Shown here in pieces: positions 55,398 to 64,000 of a DNA stretch of 64,000 bases. The stretch comes from Eledone cirrhosa (Eukaryota). Where the stretch lies: positions 288,114,001 to 288,178,000 of the forward strand of contig OZ024743.1 in the NCBI GenBank assembly GCA_964016885.1. The letters are read 5' to 3'. The translations under genes and the position numbers were made by a program. The notes under the pieces are model-generated. The model was given only the letters and a program-made list of their open reading frames with translations, was not told where the DNA came from and ran no database searches. Each line of letters opens with the position of its first letter. Within the stretch, counting starts at the first letter, position 1.

Positions 55398-55883
55398 ATA
55401 CATGCACATATATATATATATATATGTACGTATGGGTTTGCCGAACATTTATTATAATGTTCGGTTTGTTTGTAAACAAACAGCCTGAATTACGCCGTAC
55501 AGTGTTCAGGCAACCATCGTCGCCTTTTTGTTCAATACTGACACAGGAACGATGTACTAGTTTCAAGCTTATTAGCTATCGTCAGCATCGTATACCTTTC
55601 TGTCAGATGGTTTCATTATGCATATTAACGGCTGAGCAGCCTAATTTGCATATCGAGTGAGTTAGTCGGCCGGGCGCACCGAAAACGATAAATAGAAAAA
55701 AATGAAACGAAATTTCATTTCTCACTCTTTGTACGGCTGATACTTAAGTGTAAGTATGTATGTACACGCACATGCATATATGTATACAGACGTACAGTAG
55801 TATGTATATATATATACATACATGCACACACATATATATATGTACGTATGGGTTTGCCGGACATTTATTATAATGTTCGGTTT
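55398..55883 (-). mobile_element. Second locus of the retrozyme-like family (417-nt unit plus terminal redundancy)
   Basis: Homologous to 27410-27870. gtacgtatgggtttgccg.acatttattataatgttcggttt recurs at 55426 and 55843. Confidence 0.8.
55550..55590 (-). ncRNA. Type I minimal hammerhead ribozyme
   Basis: Identical to 28063-28103. Confidence 0.9.
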
Positions 55884-56092
55884 ATTAATTCAACTATAAC
55901 AATTATTATGTAAAATATTGATTGTTTTTTGTAGTTGATTTTTTTTTGTATTAAAAAGTCTGAAAATACTTTTATACATCTTACAATAATATTTATAAGA
56001 TCCTTTATAAAATAACAATTATATAATCTAATTACATTTCAACGATAATTTATTATTAATATATATCATGTTGCCTTAAAAAAATATTAAAT

Positions 56093-56540
56093 TAGACCTG
56101 AAAAATGCGCAAGCTCAAAAGAGCCACAGCATGTTATAATAAACCTTCAAAAGTGTGGCACTAGAGTTGTTGCTCAAAAATATTGTAATCATTATCTATC
56201 GTACACTCTGTGGCACCCTTTTATAAAAAAGAAACACATAACGAACTCAAGACGACACGATAATTATTTAAGTAAATTTATAATATAGAATTCGGTTTAA
56301 GTGCATTTCGTATTAATCATTACTAAACATCTAATATGAGATAATAAACATTAGCTTAAATAATTATCGTGTCGTCTTGAGTTAGTTATGAGCCTCTTTT
56401 TTTATAAAAGTATGCCACACCACACAGTGTACGATAGTTAATGATTACAATATTTTTTAGCAACGACTCTAGTCCCACACTTTTGAAGGTTTATTATAAC
56501 ATTCTGTGGCTCTTTTGAGCTTGCCCATTTTTCAGGTCTA
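56093..56540. repeat. Diverged foldback with about 180-bp arms and about 80-bp spacer
   Basis: tagacctgaaaaatg.gcaagctcaaaagagccacag...acgataattatttaag (56093-56272) mirrored at 56354-56540. Confidence 0.85.
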
Positions 56541-56560
56541 GTATATATATATATATATAT

Positions 56561-56835
56561 GGAAAAAAGATGAAATCGAAAATGCAACTGGAGTCTTTTA
56601 AAAAATATAAATATATTTATTTGGTTCTTTTACCGGTTTCGCAGTTCTTCTGCTTTTCAAAAGTAGAATTTAGATGGAGGGTTTGTGGGTTTTCTCACAT
56701 CTCAGATGTATTTATGTTTTAAAGAAAAAAACCTGTTGCATTTTCGATTTCATCTTTTTTCCTTATACCTTCACTCGTGTAGGACACCTCGGTTATATTT
56801 TTCATTTTGTAAAAAAAAAAACCTCCCTTTCTAAT
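56561..56835. mobile_element. Foldback insertion: 28-bp arms plus about 70 nt tail, with decayed HHR
   Basis: ggaaaaaagatgaaatcgaaaatgcaac / gttgcattttcgatttcatcttttttcc. Minus strand cttt TGAAAA GCAG aagaa CTGC GAAAC CG GTA aaag. Relative at 30710-30851. Confidence 0.75.
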
Positions 56836-57317
56836 AATATATATATATATACCTGGTAAAGCATTGAATAGATAAATATAAAGAATAAAGATGTGTATTC
56901 CTGAATAATCAGGAAGTGACTTATTCTGTTAAGTCGAAAGGATTAACAGAATGTAACGAAAAGCAAAGAAAAGGATTCAATAACAACAATAGCAGCAGCA
57001 GCAGCTACGGTAAGTCGATCTATGTATGTGAGACGAAAGCATCACTTACAGTAACAACAAAAACGGAATGTGCGTGTATAAACATACATAGATACAAATA
57101 CATAGAAGCGCGCACACACACTACTATATGTAGATATGCTTTTATTATTATTTTTTGTTTTTAGTACACACACACATACATATATATAAGCGGGGGCTGG
57201 ATCAGTGAAAAAAAGTAAGCTTTATATATATATACCCTGACCACTGAAATGTGCATAGTGTTTGCACCAATGAATAATTAAGGAAATTCAACATTTTTGG
57301 CCTCCTGTAATTTCACG

Positions 57318-57447
<130 letters not shown>

Positions 57448-57696
57448 TTATTTTGTATCTATTTCGTAAAATTCTTGATGTGAAACCATGTGCTGAAACA
57501 GAGACTGTTATAATTTCGGCGTGACATGCTGTCAATAAAAACACACGCATCAGTTGATGTTACTCTTCAGTTGATTAATTGATCCATTTACTATTTAATC
57601 CATATTATTTTTTGTCTTTTTTCGTTATTTCTCACCGAGTTTGTTTTCCCACTTTGACGTCACTTTCTCTCTCTTTAATATATATATATATATATT

Positions 57697-58410
57697 TGTT
57701 TTGCGAGGTTTTTTTATATGAAATCGTGTGCCGAAACAAATATTGTTATACTCGGGGAGGGTCATATTGTTGTAATAATATTGCCAGAAATAATAACAGA
57801 ACACACTCACTGTTTGGTTGGTTTTCGCTTCTGTATCTTTTTATATCTTCACAGTTAATTCATTCGGTCCTCAATGTTTATCATTGACTGACCAACGGTC
57901 AAAGGTAGGGATATAAATACATATATATAGTCTAACAGATCAAATAAAAAATGGCGTAGACATACAATACAACAGGAGGAACACAATAGTACCACTGATG
58001 ATGTTGCAGATGTGCAAAAAAAGAATTTGTTAGGCTATATATATGTATTTATATCTGTATTTTTGAGCGTTGGTCAGTCAATGATAAACATTGAGGACCG
58101 AATGAATTAACTGTGGAGATATAAAAGATACAGAAGCGAAAATCAACCAAACAGTGAGTGCGTTCTGTTATTATTTCTGGCAATTGGCAGTATCGGTAGA
58201 GAGTCGGACGCCATGCTTTGAAGCACAGAGTTACCTCCCTTTATGATGTGAGTTCAAATCCCGCCAAGGTTAACTTTGCCTTTCATCCTTACAGGGTCGA
58301 TAAAATAAAGTACCAGTAATACACTGGGATAATTGCTGGCCTTGTGCCAAAACTAGAAACAATTATTTCTGGCAATATTATTACAACAATATGACCCTCC
58401 CCAAGTATAT
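57697..58410 (+). mobile_element. pLTR-only insertion of the 36-kb PLE family (inverted arm with tail plus body), interrupted by a SINE
   Basis: 57697-57903 is antisense pLTR with tail. About 57935-58410 is sense pLTR. Confidence 0.9.
58185..58361 (+). mobile_element. SINE family A with 15-bp TSD
   Basis: TSD attatttctggcaat at 58170-58184 and 58362-58376. Confidence 0.95.
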
Positions 58411-58527
58411 CTATATATACTTGGGGAGGGTCATATTGTTGTAATAATATTGCCAGAAATAATTGTTTCTAGTTTTGGCACAAGGCCAGCAATTATCCCA
58501 GTGTATTACCGGTACTTTATTTTACTG

Positions 58528-58558
<31 letters not shown>

Positions 58559-58838
58559 GTAGAGGTTATATTTAATTTGTTGGGATACAAGCAAAATATT
58601 GTTATAACTGATATAAAGCACTCAACAAATTATTGGAGTAAAAATACAATATATTAACAAATGGAAACTGTATTTATAACACCATATTTATTTCATTTTT
58701 TCAGGGTATGTCAATATTTATTTATAAAACTAACCTATATTATATTTTATCTGATGAAAGCGCACCATAGTTTGCCTTGGTGGCCCTTGAAATAGATATG
58801 GTTTTATAAATATAGTTTCCATTTGTTAATATATTGTA
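58559..58838. mobile_element. Foldback insertion: about 50-bp arms plus about 85 nt tail, with HHR-like core
   Basis: About 58646-58695 vs 58788-58838. CTGATGA AAG.GCACCA...TGGTGGC.CTT GAAA at 58751-58792; stem I not evident. Confidence 0.7.
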
Positions 58839-59310
58839 TATATATATATATATATTTATACAGAGTACCCCTGCATTCGCGGTCCCGGTTATCCCAAGAA
58901 TTTTCCTTAGAACCTAACTAATATCTTCCGCGATTTTTTAATGGCTTTTTTCGTCGCAATATATATATTATTTCACACCTTTTAACGCTAAATTATGAAT
59001 AACAATTTACCGTGTTTACCGGCCTATATTTTACGTTACGTTTTTAGGTTTATAGGCAGGATTAGACGCCATGCTTTGCAGCACAGTTACGTCCCTTTAC
59101 GAGTTAACTTTGCCTTTCATCCTTACGGGTCGATAAAATAAAGTAACAGTAATACACTGGGATAATTGCTGGCCTTGTGCCAAAAGTAGAAACAATTACT
59201 ATACGAGACGTCCAATATTCGTGGTTTTTCCCCTCTTCCCGGGTGCTCTAGGAACATGAGCGGTCGGGTGAGTGGGTGATTATTTGAGACCCGAGATTAT
59301 ATATATATAT

Positions 59311-59497
59311 AATTGTTTCTACTTTAGGCACAAGGCCAGCAATTATCCAGTGCATTACTGGTACTTTATTTTATCGACCCCGTAAGGATGAAAGGCAAAG
59401 TTAACCTCGGCGGGATTTGAACTCAGACCGTAAAGGGACGTAACTATGCCGGAAAACATGGCGTCCGACCCTCTACCGATACTGCCAATTCACCGCC

Positions 59498-59498
<1 letters not shown>
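59311..59498 (-). mobile_element. SINE family A, full length (a deleted + copy lies at about 59050-59197)
   Basis: Close match to other copies. Confidence 0.9.
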
Positions 59499-59585
<87 letters not shown>

Positions 59586-59595
59586 AAAGCAGCAT

Positions 59596-59650
<55 letters not shown>

Positions 59651-60381
59651 TATATATATATTTGTGTGTGTGTGTGTGTGCGTGCGAGTGTATGTGTTTT
59701 GTGTTTTATATGCGAGCGCGTGTTAGTATTGAAGGAAGAGAGGAATCATGTGAGGGAGTGGTTGGTAGAAGGACTGTATTAGAATAACAAGCGAAAAAGA
59801 GAGGGTTACAAAGTAGTGCGATAGGATTAAAGAGAAGCTGAACAACCTTACATGCCACTATCTTGTGATAAATGACAAGTTTCCATGAAAATCAAGATTT
59901 ACCAGACTTCCGCTTTTAAATGAATTCTAGATATGAGAAAAATTTTCCCCTTCATTGTACTCGAAATTCTTAAGAAGACTCACCGGAGTTTGGCACATTC
60001 CAACATTAACACGATTCTAGACAGTTGGATAAATTGAAAAAAAAAAACTATACCAGAACCTGATTAAATTTACATTACATGCGCAGGCATGGTTGGGTGC
60101 TTAAGAAGTTTGTTTCACTACCACGAGGTTTCGGGTTCACTCCACCTGCGAACCACTTTTGGCAAGTGTTTTCTACTATAGCTTCGTGTTGACTAATGTT
60201 TTATGAGGGAAATTTGGTAGATGGAAATTAAACACGCCTGTCAAATCTCTCTCCCTCTCTCTCTCTATATATATATTTCTTTCTCCCTCTCTATCCTTCT
60301 CTGCTTGAAATCTGTTGTCTTCAAACCTGGAGAAAAAGGGCTCCGCCAGGTGTAACCAATGCTCTAGAAAGCCGTATGTTG

Positions 60382-60474
<93 letters not shown>

Positions 60475-60893
60475 TGTGTGTGTCTGATGGTAGCTACGAT
60501 GCTTCCATAGGCGGTATGCCGGTTGAGCACTCTATGATCTTACAGAACAGAGTATGATATAATATAAAACGAAAAATAAGTGATGCATCTGAACTCAATT
60601 AATTGTATTACAATTGTTTCGCCGGCTGACAGCTCGAGACACGATCATTGTGTGAATCTGTCTGATTCTGGATCTGCAGGTTCGATGGACACGTCTAATG
60701 ATTTCGGAGCAAATTCTCTCACTGGGGTGTTAGCGTCAAAAACATCTTCTTCGCGCATCCTGTTATTGGCTGCTGCTTTTCTACGACATCGTAAATCTGA
60801 CCAACAGGTGTCAATTCGACTGACCATCAGGTGTCCCTTTCTGTCACACTTCGATGAATTACTACTGGGTTTGGTAGAACACACGTCCACGCG

Positions 60894-60997
<104 letters not shown>

Positions 60998-61069
60998 TAA
61001 CAACATCCGTACGCATAGACTCCCGCTATACACACACACTTAAGTAGAACATATATAAAAAAAAAGTTA

Positions 61070-61520
61070 TACCACTATTGGCCGCTAAATGTTTCTCTCT
61101 AAAAATGAAAGGCAGACTGTATGATGCCTGCATACGAACAGCAATGTTACATGGCAGTGAGACATGGGCATTGTGTGCAGAGGAGCTACGCAGACTGGAG
61201 AGGAACGAAGCTTGCATGCTCTGTTGGATGTGTAATAGTAATTAATATACGTGAACGGCAAAGCATAAATGAACTAAGTGAGAAATTAGGAATAAGAGGG
61301 ATCAGATGCTGTTTACTCGAGAGAACACTACGTTGGTATGGTCACGTGATGCGCATGAAAGACGACAGCTGTATAAAAATGTGCAGGGCGATCAAAATTG
61401 ATGGAAGCTCCGGAGTAGGTATAAATTCCGACCTTACACACTTACACCTCTCCAAGACAATGTCACTGGACCGAGATCTTTGGCGTTACGCACTAATACA
61501 GAAGACCCGCCTTGCCTAAG
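61070..61520 (+). mobile_element. RTE-clade LINE ORF C-terminal fragment (frameshifted)
   Basis: KGRLYDACIRTAMLHGSETWAL...LERNEACML, then IRCCLLERTLRWYGHVMRM: the YG.E.W and LRW.GHV.RM motifs. Confidence 0.85.
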
Positions 61521-62150
61521 TACAAAGCGAAACCTACAGTCAGTAGGCACCTCTTAAACAAAAATACACCCCATCCCACAACCCCTACCCCCACCCCATC
61601 TACACCACCCCTTTCTCTGTAAAGTTATGTTGGTACCACAACATCCGGTCGTAAATAAATGAAGTCGTCTAGGTGACACGACAAAAAAAGACACAGTCCA
61701 TGCTGTAATGTGGTTGTGTATGTAACACGGTAAAAACCTCCCAGTCCACACTGTAAACGTGGTTGGTGTTAGGAAGGGCATCCAGCTGTAGAAAACCTGC
61801 CAGACAGTCCAATACGAGCAAGACAACTGACCTTGCCTCAAGTGGGACAATTCCCGTCTAAACCCATGCTAGCGTGGAACATAGATGTTAAACGATGATG
61901 ATGATGATGATGGTATGCATGCTTGGTCCCATAACTCCATAGGGCATTGTAGGTGTGCCATATCAACATACGGATTTTCTAGAGCATTGTTGAAACCTGG
62001 CGGAGCCCTTTTTCTCCAGGTCTGAATAGAACAGATTTCTAACAGAGAAGAATAGAGAGAGAGAGAGAAATATACAAGAGGAATAGACCCCAATACTAAA
62101 CAGGTACTTATTTTATCGATCTGGAATGGAAGAAAGACAAAGTTGACCCC

Positions 62151-62224
<74 letters not shown>

Positions 62225-62396
62225 ATATACAGATTAATTGATATACAAAATGTCAACGCACAGTACGATAACCACTAGATGTAAATTTGGCGGGAAATTA
62301 CCAAAAACAGATCTCACTCACAAACAATAATGTTATGGATACAACTTGTTTTTATATCTTGCAAATAAATAACATAGAATCAAGTATAAATATAAT

Positions 62397-62582
62397 AATT
62401 GTTTCTACTTTTGGCACAAGGCCAGCAATTACCCAGTGCATTACTGGTACTTTATTTTATCGACCCCGTAAGGATGAAAGGCAAAGTTAACCTCAGTGGG
62501 ATTTGAACTCAGAATGGCAAGGGCCGTAACTCTATGCGTCAAAGCATGGCGTCCGACCCTCTACTGATACTGCCAATCCACC
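62397..62582 (-). mobile_element. SINE family A, full length
   Basis: Close match to other copies. Confidence 0.9.
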
Positions 62583-62699
62583 AATAATATTACTTAGATA
62601 ACATTAGCAATATATATATATATATACCTCCATGCCATAGATCCTTACATCCTGAGGGAGTATGTAGGGTGAGTAAAACATTAGAAGACAATCCAAATC

Positions 62700-63450
62700 T
62701 AGGTCTTAAACTAGTCAAATTCTTCCAGAAATGGAAAGAGAAGGAAAGATGGAGGAAGTGAGAAAGGTATACTCAAGAAGAATCGATTCCAAAACTGCAA
62801 CATAAGGGCTTGAAGTGGCTCTGTTCTATGAACGTTAGATAGGGAGTGGCACTTGTACGCCAACATAATAGTTAGCGACATGAAATTTCATATTTGCCAC
62901 AAAATTGTATATGACATTGTTCACCAGAATATCTTTTTCCCTTATTCGTGACATAAGTATCCTAGCTTGCTATTGATAGAGAGATTATATATTTCTGTGT
63001 GTTTTATACATTATCCAGGGTAGTTTATGGTTGGGTATTATGCATGCCTTGCTCTGTTTCACGAAATACTCGATAACATATTTATGTAGTTTATAGCCGA
63101 TTTACAATTGGTTCAAACAATGCATTCTTTGTATGATTTGTATTTCTAGTTATGCGTTGTGTTGTATGTTTTGCGTTTAACGTGTTTCTATATTGTTCTG
63201 TATATCGTTCTACATATGATATACATATCTGAAGCGACTAAAATTAGTAGTTTTTTTTTTTAGTACTTCTTTTGTTGAGGAGAATCTAAAGGATTCTCGC
63301 AATGTAGAAATTGTATAACCAACTTTATATATCTATACGTATATTTACAGGATTTCGTTATAGGTTTGTTTTTGTAGTAGCTCTTGTGTTGTTTCTTGTT
63401 ACATCTAAAACCACAGTTGTTGATTTGCTTTGAAATTTAGTTAAAACTAT
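62700..63450 (-). mobile_element. Strongly decayed PLE thumb/GIY-YIG region
   Basis: Minus-strand fragments ISTLRESFRFSS and NNVIYNF...NYYVG. Many disruptions. Confidence 0.4.
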
Positions 63451-63631
63451 GGGAAATGAAAATTTAAGCATATGTAAACGCACTGACTACAGTACACACC
63501 TTTTCGTTCTTTATTCCAAATACATATATTAACTTTTACTTACATATAAGACACACAGAGGTCTATACGATTTTGCTTTTTCTGTCTCTTTCTGCTCCAC
63601 GACGAAAGTCTTACTAAATCTTACAGCATCT

Positions 63632-63794
<163 letters not shown>

Positions 63795-64000
63795 CATGTT
63801 CACATACACACGCAAACTCAGGTGTATATAGACGTGCTACAGAACATGCTCACGTGTGCATGTTAGAATAGCTGGACACTCACAGTAAAGTGACCAGTGA
63901 AAAAAACTTGGTACATCTACATATGTATACGTGTGTGTATTCATATGCATACTAGTATTTCAGTATACATATGTGGATGTACATTTTTAACTTAATTGTT

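Noticed and set aside
60645-60890. Non-repetitive part of the 123-aa and 155-aa ORFs
   Set aside because: No recognisable domain; ORF lengths are inflated by the (CA)n tract.

Overview
Very AT-rich, microsatellite-saturated animal genomic DNA. The repeat content points to an octopus/cephalopod intergenic or intronic region (inference). Almost all predicted ORFs are translated (TA)n/(CA)n/(ACC)n repeats. No host gene can be called confidently. The one real long ORF (36131-37924, minus) is a 5'-truncated but frame-intact Penelope-like retrotransposon (PLE) RT + GIY-YIG protein. The dominant hidden structure is about 15 or more insertions, from about 10 sequence families, in (TA)n arrays. They share one architecture: a body plus an inverted copy of its 3' end that runs roughly 40-100 nt past that end. 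Many carry type I hammerhead ribozyme (HHR) motifs that can be folded by eye, including minimal forms with a palindromic helix III, forms with a U.U-closed stem II, and forms with 50-100 nt stem II extensions. The best candidate for an undescribed system is a non-coding 417-445 nt HHR-bearing tandem repeat (27.4-28.5 kb and 55.4-55.9 kb). It resembles a non-LTR retrozyme and carries the PLE insertion signature. Also present: many copies of a tRNA-derived SINE, decayed CR1/L2, R4-like, CRE-like and RTE LINE fragments, a hAT-type MITE and a 200-N assembly gap. All folds and alignments were done by eye.
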